Origin: a virus
Lineage: Duplodnaviria; Caudoviricetes
Length of the DNA stretch: 64,000 nucleotides
Reading direction: 5' to 3' (one strand)
IMG/VR virus record: IMGVR_UViG_3300012979_000030
Span: 1 to 64,000 of that record
The position numbers were made by a program, and so were the translations under genes. Numbering within the stretch: position 1 is the first letter of the stretch; each line of letters begins with the position of its first letter. Shown in pieces: positions 38,765 through 47,266 of the stretch. The notes under the pieces were generated by a model that made no database searches, was not told the origin of the DNA, and was given only the letters and a program-made list of their open reading frames with translations.

Positions 38765-39589
38765 ATGACAACAGTTAACAAAGTAATTTACTCTAATACA
38801 ACATTTACAAATTGTTCAAATATTGTATCAGTTGATTGTAATTATGTATCTTGGACTAATAACTCAATGTCTAATGCATTTAAAGATTGTTCCAATCTCA
38901 AATCTGTTAATAATATAAGTAAAAGTGTTACTAATATGTATTATACATTTAGGAATTGTCAAAATCTAGTTAATACTCCAGTAATTCCTAATAGTGTGGT
39001 TAATATGTATGGGACATTTCATTATTGTTATAATCTAGTCAATGCACCTATTATACCTAATAGTGTAACTGATATGAGTTATACATTTTATAGTTGTCAG
39101 AATCTAGTCAATGCACCAATAATTCCTAATAGTGTAACTAGTATGAATATGACATTTTATTGGTGCAAAAACATAGTCAATGCACCCATCATACCTAATA
39201 GTGTAACTTATATGAGTGGGACATTTGAAGATTGTTCTAATATAGTCAATGCACCCATCATACCTAATAGTGTAACTTATATGAGTGGGACATTTGAAGA
39301 TTGTTCTAATATAGTCAATGCACCTATTATACCTAATAGTGTAACTTATATGTTTGGGACATTTTCTAATTGTTATAATCTAAAGGGTAATGTATATATT
39401 CAATCAGAAAACATAACAAATGCATATAATTGTTTTTATTGTGCTTTTAATACACCATTGACAAAAAATGTATATATTCCATTTAAATATGAAAATGGTG
39501 AATATACAAAGACATATAATTCATTTATTAATGTAGGATATAATGAAAATGGAACAAAACATAATGTTTATTTAAAGAATATTAACTAA
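38765..39589 (+). CDS. LRR protein 5 (no C-terminal cap motif)
   Basis: Same repeats; ends NVYLKNIN*. Confidence 0.85.
   Translation: MTTVNKVIYSNTTFTNCSNIVSVDCNYVSWTNNSMSNAFKDCSNLKSVNNISKSVTNMYYTFRNCQNLVNTPVIPNSVVNMYGTFHYCYNLVNAPIIPNSVTDMSYTFYSCQNLVNAPIIPNSVTSMNMTFYWCKNIVNAPIIPNSVTYMSGTFEDCSNIVNAPIIPNSVTYMSGTFEDCSNIVNAPIIPNSVTYMFGTFSNCYNLKGNVYIQSENITNAYNCFYCAFNTPLTKNVYIPFKYENGEYTKTYNSFINVGYNENGTKHNVYLKNIN
39173..39324 (+). repeat. Exact 69-bp coding tandem duplication
   Basis: ATAGTCAATGCACCCATCATACCTAATAGT...GAAGATTGTTCTAAT at 39173 and 39242; third copy begins at 39311. Confidence 0.9.
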
Positions 39590-39636
39590 TTATAATCATA
39601 TACAATTATAGTTAAAATTAAATGTCATAAAAATAT

Positions 39637-39660
39637 TGAGGGGATAAATCAATCCCCTCA
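39637..39660. terminator. Hairpin terminator between convergent genes
   Basis: TGAGGGGAT-aaatca-ATCCCCTCA perfect 9-bp stem. Confidence 0.7.
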
Positions 39661-39664
39661 TTAA

Positions 39665-40663
39665 TTATTCACATTCTTTTTCCAATTCTTCAAGAAATTC
39701 TTTGATTCCAATTCTTGGAATAATTCCATGTAATTTATTACCCATATAACAATTTCTCATAACATCATTATAAATGTCAGAAAAAATATTATCTGGTATC
39801 TTATCTTTAATTTCTCTATAAACTTCTTTATAATATTTCAAACAAGAATTCCAATTCTGTTCAATAAATCTTTTATCTCTTTCTTCTGTTTCAATATAAT
39901 ATTCATATAAATTGCACAAAATCTGAACCTTTTGTTGCATAATATTACCATTAAATGGTGCAACTTTTTCAGCATATTTAACTGCATAAATCATATTTTC
40001 TGTATATCCAACAAATGATTGATCATATGAATATTGTGCATTGTTAATTCTTGTAATAGAATCTTCTTTAAAATGCCAATAATATGTAATATCTTGTATA
40101 AACTTGATTTGTTCATTTTGATTTGATACTAATTTACAAATCATATTAAAACCATTATCTTCATTGGCACGACTACCATTTAAGAACCTAATATTATACT
40201 TGTTTATAAAATCTCTTTTATACAATTTACCAAACATCCATACAGAATCATTTGGATGTCCAATATATGTTGTTTTTTGATCTTCCAAAAATTGACTGAA
40301 CACACAAGAAATTCTTGGATCAGATAAGATTTGTAATCTCAATGTTTTTAATGCAAATGCACCACTAAACGTGTCATCAGCATCAATAAACATCAACAAT
40401 GGGTTTGATGTATTATCAATACCATATTGTCTTGCATCCCCAGGACCACCATTTTTCTCCATAACAATTTCTCTAATTTTCATATATGGAGAAAACATAT
40501 CAACAAAATTTTTATAACCAATTCCATCAGCATCATTTACAATTGTTACTTCAACATCATCAACAATTTCTTGTGATGCAATACTCGATAATGTTCTTAA
40601 CAATGTATTTTGTGCTTTGTATGCAGGAATAATAATATCTATTTTTGGCAAACTATTTTCCAT
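39665..40663 (-). CDS. Glycosyltransferase family 2
   Basis: IDIIIPAYKA, IVND, NGGPGDARQYG, FIDADD, NEDNGF; ATG at 40663. Confidence 0.9.
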   Translation of the reverse strand: MENSLPKIDIIIPAYKAQNTLLRTLSSIASQEIVDDVEVTIVNDADGIGYKNFVDMFSPYMKIREIVMEKNGGPGDARQYGIDNTSNPLLMFIDADDTFSGAFALKTLRLQILSDPRISCVFSQFLEDQKTTYIGHPNDSVWMFGKLYKRDFINKYNIRFLNGSRANEDNGFNMICKLVSNQNEQIKFIQDITYYWHFKEDSITRINNAQYSYDQSFVGYTENMIYAVKYAEKVAPFNGNIMQQKVQILCNLYEYYIETEERDKRFIEQNWNSCLKYYKEVYREIKDKIPDNIFSDIYNDVMRNCYMGNKLHGIIPRIGIKEFLEELEKECE

Positions 40664-40696
40664 ATTCTTTTCCTTATAATTATTACAAACTTCTTT

Positions 40697-40725
40697 ATTA
40701 TAATCATTATACATTACTTAGTCAA
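40697..40725 (-). promoter_or_regulatory. sigma70-like promoter
   Basis: TTGACT-17 nt-TATAAT upstream of the GT2 gene. Confidence 0.6.
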
Positions 40726-40893
40726 ATATTATTTTATTATAAACATTGGTATAACAATATTTAACAAGGAAGTTATTATACAAAGAATAGATTTAAAAAG
40801 TGGTATCATTAAGAATTAAATGATTTAAGCATATAATAAATATTTGTATAATCAATTTAGATTATAATTTGTTATAACAAATGGAGAAATTAT

Positions 40894-42780
40894 ATGACAG
40901 TTAGAATACAAATGAGAAGAGATACTGCTGCTAATTGGATTAAATATAATCCCATTTTAGCAAGTGGTGAAATTGGTCTTGAAACAGACACTAGTAAAAT
41001 AAAAGTAGGTAATGGCAATGATGTATATACAGATTTACCATACAAAATAGTAACAACAGAACAAATCAATTTAATTAGTCAACAACAATTGACAGGTGAA
41101 TCAATTACAGGTGGTGCTATTAAATATGGTATTTGGTATGCTGTGTCATCTGGTAATGTTGCTAGAAATAGAACTGTTACAGATTTCATTGAATTACCAA
41201 CAACACATAATCATGAATTGTTGTTTAAAATACCATTGCTTGATTTAAGTAGTCCAGAATACCCATTTATATCATTATATAAAGCACCTAGCAATGATAC
41301 TGCATCATTGGTTGGATATTTTAAAAGAGATGGTGGAACATTAGGTGGATCAGAATTAACAATTTCTGATGTAAAATGTGTTGCAGATACAACAATTAAT
41401 AGTTCACCATATTATTTGTATGAACCATCAACAAAAACACTTAGTTATAATCCATCAGAAGTAAAATATATTAGATGTTCATTACAAGATGCTCAATTAA
41501 CATATGAATATACTATTACAACACAAAATGTTGTTGAAAGTGTTGATATTACACATGGTGTTATCAAGTCAACACATATTGAACCAACATATCATTATTC
41601 AAATGTTGTTCGTGGTAATATGTATAATAATAAAACATATATACTTCCAGAAACAACTGGAAATGTTGCAGCAGCAGCAATGATGACATTGACATCATTA
41701 GAAGATGGTTCAACATTTTCTTGCCCTACTCGTGTATTAACAGAACCAATTGAATTAAAATATGATGGTCTTGTAATAGATGGTACAATCTATGACTACC
41801 CAGGTGGTGGTTATGATACATTGTTATTTTATGACGAAAATAATACACCAATTGAAGGGTATGAAGGTATCAATGGTGCTTTAAATATAATTACAACAAA
41901 TCAAATTGATATTGACTCAAGTGTGTCTAAATTAACAATTGTGACAAGTAATTCAACAACAGCACATATAAAAGTTCCACCTACCTACAAATATGTAAGA
42001 TCTTCAACAACATTTACTCCAAATGCTGGTATAGAAAATGGTGGTATAATTGTCAAGTATCATTATATTGGTGAACCAGAAAAAAATATTATTACATCAA
42101 CAACATTAGATGAATATATTGATGGTAAAATTAAATTGCCTACACAAACATCTGGAACATATCATTGGTCAGAAAACTATGGTAAATCGGTTGTTGCTCT
42201 TGGTGGTTCATTTGCTACAACTGGATATGCTCAACGTGCATATGATATTTGGAATGAAAAATTAGGATTATCATATAAATCAGTTGCAGTTGGTGGTGCT
42301 GGTTTCTGTGTTGGTTCAACATTTGTAACACAAGCAACCAATGCTCCTGTTGCAGACATTTATGTAATTTGGTGTTCAACAAATGACTTTGCAAATGGTA
42401 AACCAATTGGAACAAAAGATGATGATTATGCAACCACACCAACACAATGGTCTGCATTTAAAAAGGTTATAGAAACCTTATATACTAAAAACCCAAATGC
42501 AAAAATTTGTTTATTCACATCATCACCACATTTAACAAATGCAAAAGGTAATGAAGAAGGTATTGGTAGTGCAAGTTCATTGACACCATTAAAAGAATAT
42601 GTTGATGCACAAATTGCTGTATGTAAACATTATAGTATTCCTGTGTTGGATCAATATTATCAATCAAATCATAACTCATTTACAAAATCATTGGTATGTA
42701 AAAGTGGTGATTTCCATTTAACTCCATATGGTTATGAAGTTATGGCAGGAAGACAATTGCAAATGTTAGCAAGTTTATAA
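40894..42780 (+). CDS. Tailspike-like protein: Mtd_N/hyaluronidase-type N-terminal anchor plus C-terminal SGNH hydrolase
   Basis: IQMRRDTAANW...NPILASGEIGLETDT..KVGNG; VALGGSF, AVGGA, STND, GDFHLT.YGY (SGNH blocks). Confidence 0.8.
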   Translation: MTVRIQMRRDTAANWIKYNPILASGEIGLETDTSKIKVGNGNDVYTDLPYKIVTTEQINLISQQQLTGESITGGAIKYGIWYAVSSGNVARNRTVTDFIELPTTHNHELLFKIPLLDLSSPEYPFISLYKAPSNDTASLVGYFKRDGGTLGGSELTISDVKCVADTTINSSPYYLYEPSTKTLSYNPSEVKYIRCSLQDAQLTYEYTITTQNVVESVDITHGVIKSTHIEPTYHYSNVVRGNMYNNKTYILPETTGNVAAAAMMTLTSLEDGSTFSCPTRVLTEPIELKYDGLVIDGTIYDYPGGGYDTLLFYDENNTPIEGYEGINGALNIITTNQIDIDSSVSKLTIVTSNSTTAHIKVPPTYKYVRSSTTFTPNAGIENGGIIVKYHYIGEPEKNIITSTTLDEYIDGKIKLPTQTSGTYHWSENYGKSVVALGGSFATTGYAQRAYDIWNEKLGLSYKSVAVGGAGFCVGSTFVTQATNAPVADIYVIWCSTNDFANGKPIGTKDDDYATTPTQWSAFKKVIETLYTKNPNAKICLFTSSPHLTNAKGNEEGIGSASSLTPLKEYVDAQIAVCKHYSIPVLDQYYQSNHNSFTKSLVCKSGDFHLTPYGYEVMAGRQLQMLASL

Positions 42781-42796
42781 AATTTCTAATATTATT

Positions 42797-42823
42797 AAGA
42801 GGGAGTTTATACTCCCTCTTTTT
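42797..42823 (+). terminator. Rho-independent terminator
   Basis: AAGAGGGAGT-ttat-ACTCCCTCTT followed by T run. Confidence 0.8.
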
Positions 42824-42875
42824 GATAGGGACATTTATGTCCTTAACAAAAAATAATTAAAAATGGGAAAGTTAT

Positions 42876-43520
42876 TTACTTTCCCATTTTTTCTAATACT
42901 TCTTTTTCTAAATCCTCAATTGTTCCATCATTTTTAAAAATATGTTTAGGTCTATCATAACCAACCCATCTCCATTCAGATTCATGGATTTTATCTAAAT
43001 CATCAACAACATATAAAGGATTAAAGTTAAGCGCTACATATAAATAATGACTTAATTTATTGAGTTCAAGATACCATTTTGGTAGTTCACCTCTTTCAAC
43101 ACGATAAATTGTTCCACCAAGTTCTTTAATCATGTCAATTTCATTTGGAAATCTAACATCTGTAATAACAACATTTTTATCAGAGTTCATAATTTTCTTT
43201 TTTAATGAATCAACCCAAATACTTTGTAAGAAATGATTTCTCAAAACTTCTGTCCCAAGTTGTTGTAAAATAATTCTTGGTGTAATCATTTTACCAAAAG
43301 CAACTGACCAATAATCATCTGCTTTTTCTCTCCACTCTCTTGATTCAATAGTATCACCTTGTAATAGTTTTCTATCCCAACCCATTAAAATAGCAGTAAT
43401 ATCTTTTAATGTGTCAGCAAAAGACATTTTTACAAACGATTCATCATTCTTACAAATAATATCACCAATGGTATCTTTTCCACTATTTTTAAGTCCACAA
43501 ATTCCAATAACTTTTGTCAT
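42876..43520 (-). CDS. Deoxynucleoside monophosphate kinase (T4 gp1-like)
   Basis: GLKNSGKDT P-loop, SFADTLK, TPR.ILQ.LGTE, ITDVRFPNE, HESE. Confidence 0.9.
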   Translation of the reverse strand: MTKVIGICGLKNSGKDTIGDIICKNDESFVKMSFADTLKDITAILMGWDRKLLQGDTIESREWREKADDYWSVAFGKMITPRIILQQLGTEVLRNHFLQSIWVDSLKKKIMNSDKNVVITDVRFPNEIDMIKELGGTIYRVERGELPKWYLELNKLSHYLYVALNFNPLYVVDDLDKIHESEWRWVGYDRPKHIFKNDGTIEDLEKEVLEKMGK

Positions 43521-43736
43521 TTATTCCTCTGTTGCATAAATTAATTTATACCAATTTTTACCTTTATAAGTTAAATTTGATACTTTTGTTGTTGTTTTAG
43601 AAATTCTTTCTGTAATTTCAACAACTAATTTACCATTACCAAGTTCAGAACATGAATATTTTGTATTATCAGTGGAAATGAGTTCTTGAAAATCTGCTTC
43701 CTCATTTCGTTTAATATAATATGCAATCTTAATCAT
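43521..43736 (-). CDS. Hypothetical protein
   Basis: 71-aa ORF abutting both neighbours, GGAG RBS. Confidence 0.55.
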   Translation of the reverse strand: MIKIAYYIKRNEEADFQELISTDNTKYSCSELGNGKLVVEITERISKTTTKVSNLTYKGKNWYKLIYATEE

Positions 43737-44180
43737 TTATAACATCTCCTTAATTTTTTTAGAAACATAACCAAAATCCATCTGACCTGAATATTTGGAT
43801 TTTAATACACCCATTAATTTACCCATATCTTTCATAGATGTAATGGAATTGGTTTCAATTTCTTGTTTAAGTATATCATCAATTTCATCAGTTGTCAATT
43901 GTTTTGGTAAGAATTGTGATAAAATACTGACTTCTTTTTCATTCTTTTCAACCAAATCTTCTCTGCCACCTGTTTTAAACATTTCAATAGCATCTTTTGT
44001 TTGTTTGATAAGTTTTTGAACTAATGACAAAATAACATCATCATTCATTTCTTTGTTAGATGTTCTTAATTCAATTTCTTTGTTTTTGATTTCTGCTCTT
44101 AAAGTGCTAATAACTCTTTTAGCATCTTCATCTTTATTTAACATTGCTTGTTTAAAAGCATTTGTAATTTTTGTTTGCAT
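43737..44180 (-). CDS. GatB/YqeY domain protein
   Basis: KQAML.KD, IKNKEIE, F..GGREDLVEK...E..IL..FLPKQL, MKDMGKLM. Confidence 0.9.
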   Translation of the reverse strand: MQTKITNAFKQAMLNKDEDAKRVISTLRAEIKNKEIELRTSNKEMNDDVILSLVQKLIKQTKDAIEMFKTGGREDLVEKNEKEVSILSQFLPKQLTTDEIDDILKQEIETNSITSMKDMGKLMGVLKSKYSGQMDFGYVSKKIKEML

Positions 44181-44181
44181 C

Positions 44182-44391
44182 TTAATTCTCCATATGTTCT
44201 TTTAATTCTTCTCTTTTTTTCCAACCACAAACAAATTTATGTGTTGGTGTATCATATTCATGGTATTCACCATATGTCAAACAATGTTTTCCAATATTAA
44301 CTTTCATTCTGTGTATAGCAACATCTCTTTGATATACACATAAACAAAAAATAAATACACCAATAATTATATAAAATAATAAATTTTTCAT
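44182..44391 (-). CDS. Small protein with N-terminal hydrophobic segment
   Basis: LLFYIIIGVFIFCLCVY. Confidence 0.5.
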   Translation of the reverse strand: MKNLLFYIIIGVFIFCLCVYQRDVAIHRMKVNIGKHCLTYGEYHEYDTPTHKFVCGWKKREELKEHMEN

Positions 44392-44404
44392 TTATTTTTC
44401 TATT

Positions 44405-44701
44405 TTAATCCTTAAATTCTATTTCTTTGTATTCAATTTTAATTGTATATTGTGATAATTGACAAATCAAATCTTTTGCTTCACCAAAATTATATAATTT
44501 TTCAGTTTTTCTAATTTCATTTAACTGATTAGTTTGATATTCTTTATGCATATGTGAAAATAATTTGAAAATATCTTCATCAGACAAATATTGAGACTCT
44601 AAACAAATTGTACAACCTGTATATACATCACTAATTGGTGATACATCAACAACTTTACCGTTTAATCTTGTAACCAAAAACATACCATCAAATTTTACCA
44701 T
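44405..44701 (-). CDS. Hypothetical protein
   Basis: 98 aa, AGGAG RBS. Confidence 0.55.
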   Translation of the reverse strand: MVKFDGMFLVTRLNGKVVDVSPISDVYTGCTICLESQYLSDEDIFKLFSHMHKEYQTNQLNEIRKTEKLYNFGEAKDLICQLSQYTIKIEYKEIEFKD

Positions 44702-44758
44702 TATATTTCTCCTTAATGTTCACACATATCTAATTTTCTTCTATTACAAAATTTTACC

Positions 44759-44947
44759 TTAATTTATTGGAAGTGTAATAATATCAAAATATTCCCAATC
44801 ATCAGTATCGTATATTTCTTGTTCATCTTCTAATTCTAATACAACCTTATCAAGTTCTGAACCTGTATCACACATAGTAACAAACTCATGCATTTCCTCA
44901 ATATCTCTATTTGGATAATATTTAATGACAATAAATTTTGCAGACAT
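44759..44947 (-). CDS. Small acidic hypothetical protein
   Basis: 62 aa, AGGAG RBS. Confidence 0.55.
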   Translation of the reverse strand: MSAKFIVIKYYPNRDIEEMHEFVTMCDTGSELDKVVLELEDEQEIYDTDDWEYFDIITLPIN

Positions 44948-44977
44948 ACTACTTTCTCCTAATGATTGTAAATTATT

Positions 44978-45268
44978 TTAAATATTTTTGTTTAATATAA
45001 TTAAATTACCATATCTGTTTTGATAATGGGTTTTATCATGACCACTTTCAATAATAATTTTTGTTCTAAATCCATATACAGTATTCCCATTTTCATCTCT
45101 GAACCAATTGGCCTTTAATGCTCTCCAGTCCCAAATGTACCCTTTATGTTGGAATATAATATTATCATTTGTTGAAAAAATTACATCAGCTTTGTCCAAT
45201 AATTGTCTTTGGATTGTTTTTAATAATTCAGAATGCAGTTTATCTTCAAAAATATAAGTTTTAGTCAT
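44978..45268 (-). CDS. Hypothetical protein
   Basis: ATG at 45268 overlapping the end of the upstream gene. Confidence 0.5.
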   Translation of the reverse strand: MTKTYIFEDKLHSELLKTIQRQLLDKADVIFSTNDNIIFQHKGYIWDWRALKANWFRDENGNTVYGFRTKIIIESGHDKTHYQNRYGNLIILNKNI

Positions 45269-45452
45269 GTGCAATATCCATTTGTTGTAATTTTTTCAAA
45301 GACATTTGATATGCTTTCTCTTTTGTGGGTGCTACAAAATCTCCATACACTTCCTCTTTTTTGTTATTATAAGATAAAAAGCATACCCAACCACCCATCA
45401 ATGTTTTATGATATTTTATTTTAAGTTTTTTACCACAAGATGTATTGTTCAT
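45261..45452 (-). CDS. Small hypothetical protein
   Basis: ATG at 45452 after AAGGA, downstream of a sigma70-like promoter. Confidence 0.5.
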   Translation of the reverse strand: MNNTSCGKKLKIKYHKTLMGGWVCFLSYNNKKEEVYGDFVAPTKEKAYQMSLKKLQQMDIAHD

Positions 45453-45480
45453 TTTAATTATCCTTTCTGTTGATATATGC

Positions 45481-45509
45481 AATATATCATATGAATTACA
45501 AATTGTCAA
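45481..45509 (-). promoter_or_regulatory. sigma70-like promoter
   Basis: TTGACA-17 nt-TATATT. Confidence 0.6.
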
Positions 45510-45578
45510 TAGCAAAAGAATATCATAACTTAAAAATATCTTTTCTTATATTTTGTATCATTATTTTTCGGTCAATAT

Positions 45579-45731
45579 TTAACGAGGCCACCAAATCCAT
45601 AACATAATATAAAAAACAATAGGTCCAATAATAATAAACCAAGGTGATACAAAAATACTCAATAATATTATAACATTAATAGGTACAGTAATATTAAATA
45701 CAGCATAATTGCTATCTAAATCAAAAAACAT
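45579..45731 (-). CDS. 50-aa membrane protein (not in ORF track)
   Basis: GAAGGAGAG RBS, MFFDLDSNYAVFNITVPINVIILLSIFVSPWFIIIGPIVFYIMLWIWWPR*. Confidence 0.55.
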   Translation of the reverse strand: MFFDLDSNYAVFNITVPINVIILLSIFVSPWFIIIGPIVFYIMLWIWWPR

Positions 45732-45751
45732 ATTAACTCTCCTTCCATTCA

Positions 45752-45967
45752 CTATATTATAATTATATACTGCTCATAATAATTTGTCAATACATAAACT
45801 GGTATTAAATTAATCCTTGTCATATATTCATATACTCCATCATTCAAATATTTTTTACGTATAAGTGGTGATGAATCCAAATTTTTCAAGATATCATTGT
45901 TATATTGATAATCATCTTTTTTTCTAACCAATTCTGACTGTTCAAGTTCTTTTAACATCATAACCAT
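45752..45967 (-). CDS. Hypothetical protein
   Basis: 71-aa ORF with AAGGA RBS. Confidence 0.45.
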   Translation of the reverse strand: MVMMLKELEQSELVRKKDDYQYNNDILKNLDSSPLIRKKYLNDGVYEYMTRINLIPVYVLTNYYEQYIIII

Positions 45968-45975
45968 CCTTTAAT

Positions 45976-47178
45976 TTAAAATGTTTTTGTTCTAATTTCT
46001 TTGTCATAAACATTGTTTTTAATATATAATGGATTAAATCCATCTTTTGTCAATTCAACAATTCTTAAATATCTACCAAATTCTACTTTTCCTTCTAAAT
46101 TAAATGTTCTACCATTTTGGATTGGAACATAATTAATATTTCTATGACCATGAATTGAATAAGCAATATCAATAGTATTTCTATTGAAGTATTCATCTAC
46201 CAACTCACCATCACCATAACTACCAACACCCTTAATATTTTGAATTGTTTTATTAACAAACAATGGAATACAAGGTGTCCCACCATGAGTAACTATAACA
46301 TTCTTATTATCAAATGTCAAGTAGAATTTATCTACTAATTTCTTTGATATTTTTGTTAAATTTTCTTTTAAATCACCCATATCTTCCAATGATTTAACAA
46401 AGGCAGGAGTTAAATATGCATCAAAACCAGATTTAACATAATTATCTACCCAAATTTCATGATTACCCTTTAATAAAACCACATTTGGTTGGTCAACCAT
46501 ATCTAATAAGAATTGTAATACTTCTTTTGCTTGAATACCTCTGTCAAAATAGTCACCACAGAAGATATATAGATTATCTTTTGTAAATGGTTCTTTATCA
46601 AAGTATTCTTTCAATGGTTCATAACAACTATGTATATCACCAAATACTACAACTTTTTTATAGTCATTTACATCAATTGGATTATCTGTTGAATATAGGT
46701 ATTCCATTACATCATTATATGGAATGACATTATAACCATCTAAGTTTGTCTGTTTCATGCTTTCATACATTTTAACAATAACATCTTTTGGAACTTGTTT
46801 ATATTGTTCTCTACTGGCATTTCTTTTCAATACTGTTTCTAAATCAATTTCAGAAAAATCTGCAACAACAAGTTCATATCCAAACTTTTCACAAAGTTTT
46901 TTATAATCTTTGTAGTAAAATAATTTGGTATGTGTTGCATCTACAACAGTAAAATCACCAGATGCCATTCTATATTCCAAGATAGTTTGAAATAAATCCC
47001 AAACTCTTTTATCATTATCTGATGGAATTGATAATGTTCCATCAATATTTGTTTTTGGTGCAGAAAACATTAATCTAATAGTATCAGGTGATAATGTATA
47101 TTTTTCCAACCCATTATCTTTAATCCATGTTGATTTGCCTGAACCAGGAACACCTCTTGTTACTAATAATATTTTCAT
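45976..47178 (-). CDS. Polynucleotide kinase (AAA_33) fused to metallophosphoesterase (Pnkp-like, no ligase domain)
   Basis: RGVPGSGKST, VVDATH; GDIHSC, GDYFDRG, GNHE, THGG, IHGH. Confidence 0.88.
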   Translation of the reverse strand: MKILLVTRGVPGSGKSTWIKDNGLEKYTLSPDTIRLMFSAPKTNIDGTLSIPSDNDKRVWDLFQTILEYRMASGDFTVVDATHTKLFYYKDYKKLCEKFGYELVVADFSEIDLETVLKRNASREQYKQVPKDVIVKMYESMKQTNLDGYNVIPYNDVMEYLYSTDNPIDVNDYKKVVVFGDIHSCYEPLKEYFDKEPFTKDNLYIFCGDYFDRGIQAKEVLQFLLDMVDQPNVVLLKGNHEIWVDNYVKSGFDAYLTPAFVKSLEDMGDLKENLTKISKKLVDKFYLTFDNKNVIVTHGGTPCIPLFVNKTIQNIKGVGSYGDGELVDEYFNRNTIDIAYSIHGHRNINYVPIQNGRTFNLEGKVEFGRYLRIVELTKDGFNPLYIKNNVYDKEIRTKTF

Positions 47179-47200
47179 AATACACCTCTTTTTAAAAATT

Positions 47201-47232
47201 AATAAACCCACTCTTCATTAAGTGGGTTTATT
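47201..47232. terminator. 12-bp inverted repeat (terminator or operator)
   Basis: AATAAACCCACT-cttcatta-AGTGGGTTTATT. Confidence 0.6.
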
Positions 47233-47258
47233 ATATCAAATAAAATAAAAGATGTCAA
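47230..47258 (-). promoter_or_regulatory. Consensus sigma70 promoter
   Basis: TTGACA-17 nt-TATAAT exact. Confidence 0.8.
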
Positions 47259-47266
47259 GCAAAATA

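Noticed and set aside
35950-39400. Regular ~69-bp repeats as a CRISPR array
   Set aside because: Repeats are in-frame, degenerate at synonymous sites and encode 23-aa LRRs; no repeat-spacer structure and no cas genes
33581-42780. Diversity-generating retroelement acting on the LRR or Mtd_N genes
   Set aside because: No reverse transcriptase or non-coding template repeat in the window; differences between repeats are not confined to adenines
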